The notes under the pieces: model-generated
Told to the model about the DNA's origin: nothing
Databases searched by the model: none
The model's input: only the letters and a program-made list of their open reading frames with translations
NCBI RefSeq assembly: GCF_001194135.2
Contig: NC_068989.1
Location: 10,965,652-11,029,651, forward strand
DNA: 64,000 nt
Direction: 5' to 3'
Source of the DNA: Octopus bimaculoides
Taxonomy: Eukaryota
Translations under genes and position numbers: made by a program
Part shown: one piece after another, positions 1-12,821 of the stretch
How the letters are laid out: every line of letters begins with the position of its first letter
Position numbering within the stretch: position 1 is the stretch's first letter

Positions 1-60
1 GTACATGTGTATATATACATATATAAACATATACATACATTTATATAAAGGTAAGAGAGC

Positions 61-130
<70 letters not shown>

Positions 131-281
131 TACATACATAAATATATATACATATATACATATATATTTGTATATACATATGTATACAGATATGTCTGTA
201 TATATGAACATATACATATATGTATGAATATATATACATATACATATGTATGCATATATACATGTACATAGGTGTGTGTAT

Positions 282-325
<44 letters not shown>

Positions 326-420
326 GTATATATACACACTCACACACACACGTACACACATATTTACATATACACGAATATATACGTATATGCTTGTGTG
401 TGTGTGGGGGGGGGTGTATT
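1..420. repeat. (TA)n/(CA)n/(CT)n compound microsatellite
   Basis: Dinucleotide runs read directly; they explain the YI/TH/CV ORFs in the track. Confidence 0.95.
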
Positions 421-696
421 TGTCCATATAGACTACATATATTGAAGGTTCTTTATTGACAATCGTTAGAGCGTTTCATAAAGTATATGATGATGTTTGT
501 TCCCAGCTCTTTGGGTTGTAATTTCAAACTCTGCCGATGCCAACTTCATTTTGTCTAATGCTGGTACAGTTGCAGTTTGAATACCGTTGAAACTTAGTTT
601 ATCTTTACAATTTCAACCTAAAAATATTTTAAAATGCGTACTATCGGAAACATTAAAATATATGTTAATTACCACACTAAACTTATTCTGTATTAT

Positions 697-1068
697 TTAT
701 TATGCCTTAGACTGCGGTAAACGTCCTGAGAACTTATCTTGTATAGACGATAAATGCTAAAAAAGTACAGATAATATCGGCTGACGACATTTTGTCAGCA
801 CCCGCGGATGGCACTGTTGTATCATCTGATTTCACCGTACTTTGGATCATCAGTCAAACAGTGAATGCCTGTTCGAAAATCATTGAAACCGATATATTTT
901 AACACTGGCTAAACAACCAGTGTTATTAACAGCTAACTTATACACAGCCCGCCAGCTTTCCGCTATTATCGGTGTATTAGATAGCTACCAACGAGAGAAT
1001 CAGCTTTTGGAACGAGAGATGATTTCGATGATTTCCCTGGACGTTTATCGCAGTTTAAGGCGTTATAA
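697..1068. mobile_element. Old inverted-repeat (MITE-like) element
   Basis: 697-738 and the reverse complement of 1027-1068 match at 34/42 positions; internal hairpin aacactgg/ccagtgtt at 901-924. No clear TSD. Confidence 0.45.
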
Positions 1069-1293
1069 GCATATCCAATTTAAATTGAATGTGTTAATTA
1101 ATATTCGTTACAAAGGCTGAGCCTGTCGCTAATAGCTAATTCAAAACACGTGCATTTTATACTATCAAGCTTCATCGGCGCTTCCAGGCCATTGTATCAA
1201 CGTAATGCCTTGCAGTAATGCGCTTATTTTGAAACTCATAACAAATTAACTAATAAAATAGTATCTATGACTAAATTCACTAACATAAGAATT

Positions 1294-1453
1294 CCATTAT
1301 TTACATTATTTACATTTGACGGATATTTATCCTCATCTTGTTTGTTGTTAACACAACGTTTCGGCTGATATATAACAACAAACAAGATGAGGACAAATAT
1401 CCGTCAAATGTAAATAATGTACATAATTCCTCATCTCTTAAATATAGAACTGT
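1294..1453. mobile_element. Inverted dimer of the 3' part of the hammerhead-bearing SINE family (PLE-like)
   Basis: Left arm on minus (about 1294-1372), right arm on plus (about 1373-1453), both matching 31692-32172. Flanked by direct repeat ataagaatt (1285-1293 and 1454-1462). Confidence 0.8.
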
Positions 1454-1641
1454 ATAAGAATTACAGCAAAAATTTCCTAGCCATTTATCCAATTCAAAGT
1501 CCCGAGATAAACAATATTCTCTGCTTTCTTTATATCAATGGCAACAATGACATTTAGAAATAAAAGGAATATGAGATTAAATACAGCTAAAGTTGCATAA
1601 AGCCTAAACAAAACAAAGGAGGGGCGAGATTGAAGGGGCGG

Positions 1642-1679
<38 letters not shown>

Positions 1680-2169
1680 ATGAAATAACAGGGTGTGATT
1701 TTATGGAGATGTGGTTGCTATTTTCATCAGAGCTAGCAACCATTTTGAAATCTCCTTCGTTGACATACGTATATACGTAACACAGTTGGGTCTGATTTCA
1801 GAGAGAATTAACTGTTATTTTTATCAGGCCTAGCAACCACGTACCAACTCCCTCGTTGTTGCATATATACGTCTGTACATAGCGGAGTATGGTGACCTCT
1901 GAGAGAGACTTTGTTGATATTTCTACCAAGTCTATCTGAAATGAAGAGAGCTCCTTCGTTGGCTCATACATGATTGTAAGCATACATAAGATATGTTGTA
2001 ATTGGAGGGAGTTTTGGCTGCTTGTACCATCTTGTCTTCACAACGAGTTCTCTCATATGTACATATGGTCTTAGTGTGAGATTTTAGGAGGATTTGTCTG
2101 ATAAAGGATAATACAGGCATATGTTTCTACATTAGATATTAGGATATGGGGTTATGGTGATTTAGTTAC

Positions 2170-2450
2170 TATTTGTAAGGTCGTGAGTTCAATTCCCGGC
2201 GACGCGTTGTGCCCTTGAGCGAGACACTTTATTTCTCGTTGCTCCAGTCCAGTCAGCTGCCAAAAAGGAGTAATACTTGTATTTCAAAGGGCCAGCCTTG
2301 TCATATTCAGTGCCACGCTGAATCTCTCTGAGAACTATGTGAAAAGTACACGTGTCTGTGGAGTGTTCAGCCACTTGCACGTTAAATGAATGTGCAGGCT
2401 GTTCAGTAGATCGGATCAACTGGAATCTTAGTCATCGTAACTGACGGAGT
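2170..2450 (+). mobile_element. tRNA-derived SINE copy
   Basis: B-box-like gagttcaattccc; body homologous to the minus-strand copy at about 51710-51900. Confidence 0.7.
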
Positions 2451-3069
2451 ACCAGTTTGTTTGTTTGTTTTTTATAGAGCCATGGTCAAAGCAATGCATT
2501 AAGCGCGTTAGTATTTATTGACATCAAATTATTGACATAATTTTACGAGCAGGCTGTTCCGTTGGTCGAACCAACTGGAACCCTCGTCGTCGTAACCGAC
2601 GAAGTAGCTTTCAGAACTATCATATAGAGATCTCTTTTGTTGGCTCATACATATATTATACATATTAAAGTAGTATGGTGTGATTATAGGGATATTTGGC
2701 TGCTATTTCCTTCAAGTCTAGCTATAACTATCACAGAGATTTATACGTATATATCGCATATTCTTTTGCCGGTTTCAGCTATATGGCTATGCTGGAGCGT
2801 AGAGAGATTTGACTGTTATTTCTACCAGGTCTAGGTATAATATAAATGCCTTCAACGTTGTACTGTAAAAGCATATATAAACACTAATTAGATAATACGA
2901 TATGATACATATAAGCATACATAAAAGAATATGATGTGATTTGAGGCAGATATGGCTGCTATTTCTAGCGGGTTGAAATACTATGTTGGTGCTCCCTCGT
3001 TTTTGTACCCCTGCCCATTTACTCTCAACAGACATAACGTTTTTGTCAATACATGACGAGCTGAAGCAC

Positions 3070-3109
<40 letters not shown>

Positions 3110-3556
3110 TGTTTGTGTGTGTGTGTGTGTGTGTGTGTGACGAGATGGAAGGCCAAAAAATATTTTGGTTTATTTATTTATGTATTTGTTTATTTATTTA
3201 TCTGTTCATTCATTTATATGTTCGTTCAAAACATCGAAATCTGATGACTGTTTTAAAAAAGCTGCCATAGGAGATAGCGATGAAAATGTGAACATCCGTC
3301 GCTAGCATTCTACTTTCATCTCTCTCCATCTATGTTCTTCTCTTCATGTGTGTCCCTCATTCTCCGCCGTTCTCTGTTCCACTATTCCAGAGATTGGCAA
3401 ATAGAAAGAGAAAGAAAGATGAAAGAACAAAAAACAATTTGACATCCTCCAAATATATTTTCGAATTTTTCTTTTACCGCTCTTATCTAACTTTATGTGT
3501 TTCTACTTTTTGCTAATATCACTCCATTTCAGCTTTCTGTCTTTCTCCATCTTTTT

Positions 3557-3950
3557 TCGTGGCAAACAGGAGGGTGGTTAAGAAACTCGCTTTGTAACCA
3601 CGTGGGTTCGGTTTCAGTCCCACTGTGCAGCGCCTTGGGAAAGTGTTTTCTGCTATAACTCCGGATCGACCAATGCTTTGTGAATAAATGTGATAGACGG
3701 AAATTGTGTGGAAGCCTGTCATGTATGTGTGTGTGTTCATGTTTGCCATCTCCTCCAACTGCTTGACAACCGGTATCGGTTTGTTTACGTCACCGTTACT
3801 CAGCGAAAGTTCAGCAAAAGAGACCGACAGAATTAGCACTGGACTATAAAATGATAAATACTGGATTCGATTTGTACAACAAAAGACCCTTTAAGGCGAT
3901 GCCCCAGCATGACCGTAGTTCAATGACGAAAAGAAGTAAAAGATAAAAAA
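3557..3950 (+). mobile_element. tRNA-derived SINE, diverged copy
   Basis: Homologous to 14168-14820 and 29783-30150; ends in ccccagcatgaccgtagt...agtaaaag. Confidence 0.7.
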
Positions 3951-4074
3951 TATAAATAATAAAACTGATCAGAAGTCTTTAATTTCCTTATCCAATTCGA
4001 AAAATAAGGTGATGTTGGCGAAAGACAGATTTAGAACATAGGTCAGATTTAGAAATAGCAAACAAAAAGTTATA

Positions 4075-4148
4075 TGGCCAGTATGGGGCTCGAACCCACG
4101 ACATTCGCGTTATTAGCACGACGCTCTAACCAACTGAGCTAACCGGCC
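4075..4148 (-). tRNA. tRNA-Ile (AAT)
   Basis: Reverse complement GGCCGGTTAGCTCAGTTGGTTAGAGCGTCGTGCTAATAACGCGAATGTCGTGGGTTCGAGCCCCATACTGGCCA. Full cloverleaf, AAT anticodon, intact A and B boxes, T5 terminator just downstream. Confidence 0.95.
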
Positions 4149-4845
4149 AGACGATAAGGAGACGTTAAAAATATTATACATATGACATGTGTTTTACACT
4201 TGTTCAGATAAGAGTAGAGCTTTGTAACTGGAAGACATCTTTCTGGGCAGCAAAGCTTTACTGGATGAAGGATTTTTAAATGTAGATTTTTAAAAATGAT
4301 TTGCCATACATTTTTCGAACATCAAAATAAATACGTTTTGTTATAAATCTCTCGCTAACTGATTTATATGTCTATCCTCTCTCTCTCTCTCTCTCTCTCT
4401 CTAAACCATTGAAAGCATTGCTGCATATATACCTTTCTTCCTTAGTCAAATGGTTTGTTTCAATATATTTTCTTATCGCGTTCTTTCATAACATTTTATG
4501 TTTTAACGTTCATGAAACCTCTTTTATCTTTTATTTCTTTCAGTCTTGTTTCAGACTGCAGCTGTACTGGAGGCACTGCCGTGAACGGTGTAGTCGAACA
4601 AATCGACCATAGCCGCCCACCCCCACCAGTACTTCTTAAGTCTGGTACTTATTCTATCGTTCCCTTTTGTCAACCAGTTAAGTTACGGAGACGGAAACAA
4701 ACCAACGGCGGTTGTAATGCGGTGGGTGGGGGACAAACACAGACACAAAGCCAGACAAACAGACACATACACACGCACGCGCGCGCGCACATATACACAC
4801 ACACATACACACACACATAGATAGATAGATTCTTGAATCTCGAGC

Positions 4846-4919
4846 GGCCGGTTAGCTCAGTTGGTTAGAGCGTCGTGCTAATAACGCGAATGTCGTGTGT
4901 TCGATCCCCATTCTGGCTA
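4846..4919 (+). tRNA. tRNA-Ile (AAT), mildly degenerate copy
   Basis: Same sequence as 4075-4148 but with a T:C mismatch in the T-stem and a T:T mismatch in the acceptor stem; long poly-T terminator at about 4928-4940. Confidence 0.85.
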
Positions 4920-5849
4920 GCTTGTCGTTTTTTTTTTTTTGTTTTGTTTTTTTCGTTTGTTATTTATGCAAACGTGTATTATGTTTATCAACCCTGAAAG
5001 GATGAAAGGCAAAGTCGACCTTGGCGGAATTAGAAAGAATTATATTAAATGCCGTCTTATTTTGGATATTTATTGCGATAATCTCTGGTTACTTATATCT
5101 TTTTCTTTGTTTTAGCTCGTTGTCATGAGGTTGTGGGCTCGATTCCTAAACTGGGCGGCCTTGAGAAAAACCCTTAATTTGACGTTTATTCAATCTATTC
5201 CGTTGAAGATGAGTGCCGATCTAGAGTTAATGCAGCCCTCTTCTTCCAGCCGTCACATCCTCGATATTCCGTTGGGTTAAGGGTAGGAGGGCAGAGAGGG
5301 TGAATATGTTTGTTCGCAACTGCATTAGTGAAAGCATGGTACATGTTATCTGCCAGACACTTTTGCTCAAGCATGTCAGCTACGACTTGTTTAGATTTAA
5401 TTATCAAAATCACAGTAGCCATTCTATATTTATATAAAAGAAAACAATTTGCATCTTTTGTAAATAATCTTATCTCAGTATATATTTCTAATCACATTCT
5501 TCACTCAATTCGACTTGGGTTTGTCATTCAAACAATATATGAAAATTACGCAAAACAGGCCAATTAGATCTGAAAACTATACTTGAAACACAATAGGATG
5601 ATCATTTTAGTTATTACATGGAAAAATGCGAGCATGGAAAGTAATATTCTTAAGATTATAAACCTGGAAAAGAACAGGACAAGTTACTACACCAACAAAA
5701 TCTTATAAAATGACAACGTTCTCAAAGATGTACATGTTTATATGTTATATATGAAAATAAAAGAATGAACAAAATATGATTAAAAAACACACATTTAAGC
5801 ATGCAATAAGCAACGTATTACAAAATATTTTTAAGACTAAAAACGAAAG

Positions 5850-6552
5850 TTAGAAATACTTCACAATACAATCACAATTTTCGTAACTCCTGCGCCACAT
5901 AAATTCACAGAGATATGGATCTACCATAAAACGGTTAGTGCTACAGTGTCGCTTCACAGAGGCCCACGTACTCTCCACTTGTTGAATGTGGGTACCATCT
6001 TTCGGGTTAACAAAAAATAGAAAGAGTAAACAACACGTCTTTGTAGTTTTAAGCATTCAATATCCTTTTAATACGATAGCATGAACTTAAAAGATTTATC
6101 TAAAAACAAAATAGCACATTACAAATTAAATATTTTTGAAAAGCAAACAATGACTAATTCATTGAAAACGAAAGTTAAAAATACACTCATTCAATTTCTC
6201 GAACAAATCACAATTTTCCTATCTCCTGCGCCACATAAATTCACATGCCTAATTGTCAACAGATAGGTAAAACAAGTGGTTTCAATATATTTGTCAACAC
6301 GTGCTTTCTCGCAGACAAAATAATACTCATGTTCCGCTTCTTACAATGGAAACAGGCATGAATGTGTCTGTGGCTTACGATTGGCTAAAATTACCAAAAT
6401 TTTCAAGCTATAATTGTTAATAACTCTTTATTCATTGATTTATAGCAAAAATGGTTTTCATGTCATTCATTAGCCAATAAAAGTGTATCATTACACTGAA
6501 TATGAAATCAATTCGAACAGAATTGATGCTGGCAGCCAAACCGATTAGATCC
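5850..6552 (-). mobile_element. Merlin (IS1016/IS1595-family DDE) transposase relic
   Basis: Minus-strand peptide [22 protein letters not shown]...[10 protein letters not shown] matches the remembered C-terminal motif of Merlin/IS1595 transposases (FVDP.TG.HTQ.IES.W...KR...YL.EF.WR). Putative terminus GGATCTAATCGG at 6552. The C-terminal segment is duplicated at about 6130-6245. Confidence 0.75.
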
Positions 6553-8728
6553 ACTATCGGTAGCAGAATACGATACAACTTTAAATCAAATCTCGTTCAT
6601 GATTAACTTCATACTCTGAATCTTAAAGTGCTCCAAAAATTGTGGAAACATTAAAATGGATATATTCTGTTTTGATTACATGTTTGAATATATTTTGTAC
6701 TTAATATGTTTTAAATTCAAATTACGATGAACGTAAACAAACAAACGAAGTTTGCTTTTAGAAGCGTTGAGATGTCTTAGAAAGTTAAAGAAGTGAATTT
6801 AATGGCCGCCAACACTTTTTCTGCAAAATAGGGGTAGCTTATCCTGTTCAGGCTATATTATTAGCATTATCCTGTGTTTGAGAATTTAAAATCATTTCTT
6901 TAACTTTTTAATATATTTTGTAATAAATCTCTGAATAATTGAGGATTTGTAGTGAGAAAGTTCCAACTATATTAAGAAATTGCCGATAACAGTGTCATGC
7001 TTCCATATATATTGGGTTGTCAGTAAAATTCGTTCGGCTCTCCTAACCCAAAATATTTTAATCCTTTCCAGCGTTATTTGAATTATCACAAAATATTTTC
7101 AACAATGTTTTTATTTTATTTTATTTTTTGTAACTCTACGACTTTTGTTAATCGTCTTTTTTTTTAAATTTGAATAAATTTTACTCTTTTCAAATATATA
7201 GCAATGGAGTGACCAAGCAGAAAATTATTTTAAAAAATGAACAAATTTATCTGACAGCCCAATAAAAAGCAAGCCAGTATACTCATTAGTCGAACATCTG
7301 TCCAGCTATTTCAATCTATTATTTGTTTTTTATTACCATCTTCATTCATCGGATTCACGTTTATCAGTAATTTAATATATAAAGATGAGATAAGTGATGA
7401 GATTCACTCAATTAATTAGTGGATCGTGCTAATTATCCATAATTTGTGTATTTGGTCCATATGGTATCACTTATCATGAAGTAAACGTTTATGATTAGGG
7501 GTTGAATACCGCTAAGTAATATATTGTAATTATTACTTGAATCAAACATGATTTCGTAAAACGTAATAAGACAGTTAGTGCCGTTAGTTAGAACGTTGTG
7601 TTTATCTCGATAATAGTATAGGTTTGAGCCATGTGTAGCAAGCATGTTCACTCTTTACCTTTAGGTACCCACATTTTACCTCTTTACTTTTAGGTACCCA
7701 AATTTTGGCTCATCACGTAATGGTCGAGTCCTAGCTTTATGCGGGCTGTCTACCCCGTGACGTGACAGACCAGCCAAGCGCACCAACATCAGCGACATAA
7801 GGGAAGCTTTTCCCGCTAATTCCTTAATGTGGTGGGTCGCCACGAGAGAGTTTGGATCTTTGACATGGGAGCAGTTTTATTCCGCTTTTCAGCTTCAGTG
7901 AGGAGGGAATTGTCAGGATAATTTCTGGTCGCTATGCTTTGTGTTTTTCCCGCGCATTTCAACATGAACAAGAAGCACGGTGAACCTATGTATTTTAATT
8001 CACAGAAGTATCTATGTATTCCAGTTACTCTATTTTCTTTTAGCAGCGAAATAAATGTGGCGGTCAACTTTAACTTGCCTTTCTATTTCTTGATGTTCTT
8101 ATCATGACTCTTATTAAGCCAGAAGACTGCGATATTACCAGGACCTTAGCCACATGCATCTTTCAACCACGCTAAACATGTTTGATAGCCATTCGGTATG
8201 GTTTTCTGATTGTTTTTGTTTTTTAATACGTTATTTTGCACACCAAGTATAAAAACCCATAGTTGACTTGATTTACTTCGGAGTTTCCGTGACTGAAAGA
8301 ATAGACAAGGTTAAAACATCAAAGACTTTGCCCTAATACTTGCAACAGAACATACTCTATTGAAGATACCCGGAGGTTAGATTGCCCTGTTAAACCAAGG
8401 AACGGAGGAAGTCTGCCCCCTCAGGTACAGGAACTGTCCATTTGCAGTGTGGGGAGCTTTTACTCTTTTGTCAAGTAAAGGCTATTCTCAAGACTGGTCA
8501 GTTTGAAACTGCAGTAGAAGACACCAATGGTGTCGCGCTGTGGGATCGAACTAGAAACAAAGGTTTTGCGAAACGAACTTCTTAACCATAGTCTTGCATA
8601 CGGCCACGTGCATTGCTGTCTGGTTATATATACACTTCTCTTCCAATTTGTTCCAGCATCACTCCTTTTTTCTCTCTTCCTCCCTCTCCCGTCTCACTCT
8701 CACCCTCTCACTCTCACCTTCTCCCTCT

Positions 8729-8768
<40 letters not shown>

Positions 8769-9379
8769 TTCTCTCTTTATACATACAAACACCTACATAC
8801 ACTTCTCCCATACTGTTCCTATCTATCTACCTACCTATATGTGTATGTGTGCGTGCACATACATATATACATACATGTCTCTGTCTATATGTGTGTGTGT
8901 GTGTGTATCTCTACCGAACGCCTCCTTACTTTATATATCTCCTTAAATCAGAAGAACTGTATAATGGCTATATATTTTCGTGCCAAACGAAATGTCAAAC
9001 CATTGCTGACATCTCTTGCGACCTTCATTATTGTTTCAAAATGCTTCCTTTCTAGTCACAGACCAAACTTTACTGGAATTCTGACTGCAACATCGACCAA
9101 ACAGAAACAACTTACATTAGGATATTTTATTTATAATTTTTGTGGTTTTTGAAAGTTCTTTCCAATTCACACAATCCTCATTTTACTCGTGACCAATGAG
9201 TTTATGTTTTCCAAACCGGAAGTAAGTGGATTTCTTCACGTTATGTGTTTTTCGTAGATTTCAAGACCACCTAAGGACATTTGATTAACGAAACACTAAA
9301 AAGAATGTCAATTTTTATTTTTGCTCTATATCTTTTTTCATTTTCTTTTCATTTTATTATTATTTGCTTGAGCTGTATG

Positions 9380-9450
<71 letters not shown>

Positions 9451-9877
9451 NNNNNNNNNNNNNNNNNNNNNNNNNNNNNNNNNNNNNNNNNNNNNNNNNN
9501 NNNNNNNNNNNNNNNNNNNNNNNNNNNNNNNNNNNNNNNNNNNNNNNNNNNNNNNNNNNNNNNNNNNNNNNNNNNNNNNNNNNNNNNNNNNNNNNNNNNN
9601 NNNNNNNNNNNNNNNNNNNNNNNNNNNNNNNNNNNNNNNNNNNNNNNNNNNNNNNNNNNNNNNNNNNNNNNNNNNNNNNNNNNNNNNNNNNNNNNNNNNN
9701 NNNNNNNNNNNNNNNNNNNNNNNNNNNNNNNNNNNNNNNNNNNNNNNNNNNNNNNNNNNNNNNNNNNNNNNNNNNNNNNNNNNNNNNNNNNNNNNNNNNN
9801 NNNNNNNNNNNNNNNNNNNNNNNNNNNNNNNNNNNNNNNNNNNNNNNNNNNNNNNNNNNNNNNNNNNNNNNNNNNNN

Positions 9878-9927
<50 letters not shown>

Positions 9928-10089
9928 TATATATATATATATGTATATATGTGTGTCTATATATATGTATGTATGTATGTATGTGCGTATGTATGAACCT
10001 ATGTATATGTGTGTATGTATGTATGTACATACACACATATATATGCATATATATATACACATATATACACACACACATATATATGTATG

Positions 10090-10123
<34 letters not shown>

Positions 10124-11061
10124 TTATAGTAGTAGTTTATTATGATAGTTACGTAATGTAGTGGAGGTTGTCATGATGGTGTTGGTAAATGTGATAAAAT
10201 CGAGGATACTGCCGCAAGTAATGGTGGCGGTGGTGGTGGTGGTGGTGGTGGTGGTGGTGGTGGTGGTAGTGGCGATAGTAGCTGAGATAATGTTGCTACG
10301 TGTAGAAGCGCTGTTCATGAGGGTGTCTGTAACCCACACGGACGAACGAAAAAGCTTGTGTATGATCGCTGCCAGCCAAATCACTCAATCTGCAAGAAAT
10401 AATAGCTAAACCACCTTCAGATTTCTAGACACCACCACACGCACATTCTTACATACACCCATCAAGTGCAATAACTTGGAGTGACTTACCCGACGGTGTT
10501 TCATCCATCATCCTGAAGAATTAATCACCCGCCATCTTAAGCATTCTTACAGATATTTATTTCCTCTGATATAATTGTATTTACATCTAAGATGCTTCAT
10601 TAAAGTGTTAACTAGTTCTCAGTACCATTCTGGTATTTCATTTTGTCGAAGCCGGACGAATAAAAGCCAAAGTTGACCTCACCAGGATTTTAACTCGGAA
10701 CGTAAAGGTCGTAGCTAAATATTGAAGGTAGTTTGTCCCACGATCAAATGACTCTGCCACAGTCTGTAACTGTGAGGCAATATCTCCAACCACGCTAATC
10801 ATCAGAGACATTCTCTCGATAATCGACGATCGCCGTTCTGTCCATATAGTAGTGTCGCGAAAAATATTTTCGGGAATTTCGGGAAACAAAGTTCGAGCGT
10901 AAATAAATATTAATTGCATAAACTGTGAGATACGGTAAATATAAATTAATCACGTTACACGACGAACAGCAGTTTTGCTACAGTATATTATATAGAAGGC
11001 TTGTCCCCTCTATGTTTAGCCCCCTGTGGGCAATAAAGAAATAAATATATTACATTTCTAA

Positions 11062-11277
11062 GGAAGCGAGCTGGCAGAAACGTTAACACGCCGGGCGAAA
11101 TGCGTAGCGATATTTCGTCTGTCTTTACGCTCTGGGTTCAAATTCCGCCGAGGTCGACTTTGCCTTTCATCCTTTCGAGATTGGTAAATTAAGTACCAGT
11201 TGCGTACTGGGGTCGATCTAATCTACTGGCCCCCTCCCCCAAAACTTCGGGCCTTGTGCCTAGAGTAGAAAAGAATA
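11062..11277 (+). mobile_element. tRNA-derived SINE with Meta-domain-like core
   Basis: gcgagctggcagaaacgttaacacg head and gactttgcctttcatcctttcg..ggtaaattaagtaccag core; many copies in the window. Confidence 0.8.
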
Positions 11278-11409
11278 TATTACATTTCTCCATTTAAACC
11301 GTGATTGTTTGTAAGTAAATTGTATAGTAATTTTAATTTTTTTTAAATTTATAATTTACATAAATTATTTTATGTTAATTTTAATCGATTTTTAGTTTTA
11401 GATTTAAAC

Positions 11410-12821
11410 ATGGACAAATTTTTATTGAGATCTCAGAAAAATGAGAAAAAGAGTCATAGCAAACAAGAACACCAGAATAAAAAGTCCAACTCATCAAAAC
11501 GAAAATATAATGAAAATTGCATCCAACATGGTTTTATATTATCGTAAAAACGACAACTCGGTTCCTTTTTGTATGGTTTGTTTAACAACACTCTCAAATG
11601 AAGCGATGGTTCCTAGGAAACTTCAACGTCATTTAATAACAAATCGTCTGCAACAAAAGAACAAACCAAAGAATATTTTGAGATGCTAAAATTTTATTTA
11701 AAAATTCAATCAAAAAGGCTGAAGAAATTTCACTCAATTCCCGAGAAAGCTCAAATCGCTGTTTACAAGATTGCCCAGCTTTTAGCAAAGAAGAAAAAAT
11801 CACATTCTGATGCCGAAAACATTATATACTGACACAATGATTAGTGATGAAGCCGTCAAACAAATTAAGACCATTCATTTGCCTGCCCGCGAGACATGAT
11901 CAGCTTCGCGAACATTTCACTGAAGCAAAAAATGAACTCGAAAACTTCTAGGCCTTACAAATCGATGAAAGTACAGACATCCGCAACAAAGCTCAACTAA
12001 ATTCATTTCTGCGAGTCATCAGAGGTGGTAAAATCATAAGTCAGTTTTTCTTTTGTTGTCAATTGAAGGAAAGAACGACAGGAGAAGATGTCTTTAATCT
12101 GGTAAACCAAAATGGCGTATTGAGAGGGAAGCAGTGGTAAATTTGTATAAGCGTTTGCACTGATGGCGTTCCATCCATGCAAGGTTGAAAAAATGGCTTC
12201 GTGGCTCATGTATTACAAAAATGTTCACAAGTTAAAATTACACATTGCATGATTTACCTCGAAGTTTAGATGTCAAAATCTCTACCTGGTGGTCTCCTGA
12301 AGACGATGGACAACGTTATTAAAGTGGTGAGTTACATAAAATCGCATTCCCTACGGTGCAGACTTTTTTGCATCCCTATGTGAAACTATGGATTCTGAGT
12401 TTAAGTGTTTACTGCTTCGTACAGAAGTGCGATGGCTCTCGAAAGGAAAAGTGCTCACTTGATTTATTTCTTTGCGAACTGAAATAATGTTTCATTGATG
12501 CTGAAAATTCTGGATTTGAATTTCTTAACGATGGTAATCGGTGGCTGGAGGTAGCATTTCTCAACAATCTTTTTGAGAAGTTGAACGTTTTAGATTTGAG
12601 TCTGCAAGGAGCGAACGAAAATATTATTACAATTACAGTCAAATTAAAGTCTTTCGTCGACAAATTAGAACTGTGAATAAGAAAAGTTAAAAACTCGCAA
12701 CTTGATTGCTTCCCAGGTATAGAGGCTTTTCCAAACAAATTAAAAATTTCGTCAGAAGTGCAGAAGACATTAGAAGACCTCTCTGTGTCATTTTCTAAGT
12801 ATTTTCCATCACTTGATTATC
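11410..12821 (+). pseudogene. Decayed hAT transposase (Buster/Charlie, ZBED5-like), cut by an assembly gap
   Basis: Frameshifted segments: PFCMVCLTTLSNEAMVPRKLQRHL (BED-like), LQIDESTD, TTGEDVF, SVCTDG, HCMI, LLRTEVRWLSKGKVL. Many stops. Confidence 0.9.

Noticed and set aside
815-860. CTGATGA...GAAA on the minus strand as a hammerhead
   Set aside because: Helices I and II do not pair at the core-proximal positions; likely chance.
10638-10919. Helitron PIF1 helicase similarity
   Set aside because: Only a vague FP.I.EN...W.ER resemblance; no helicase motifs.
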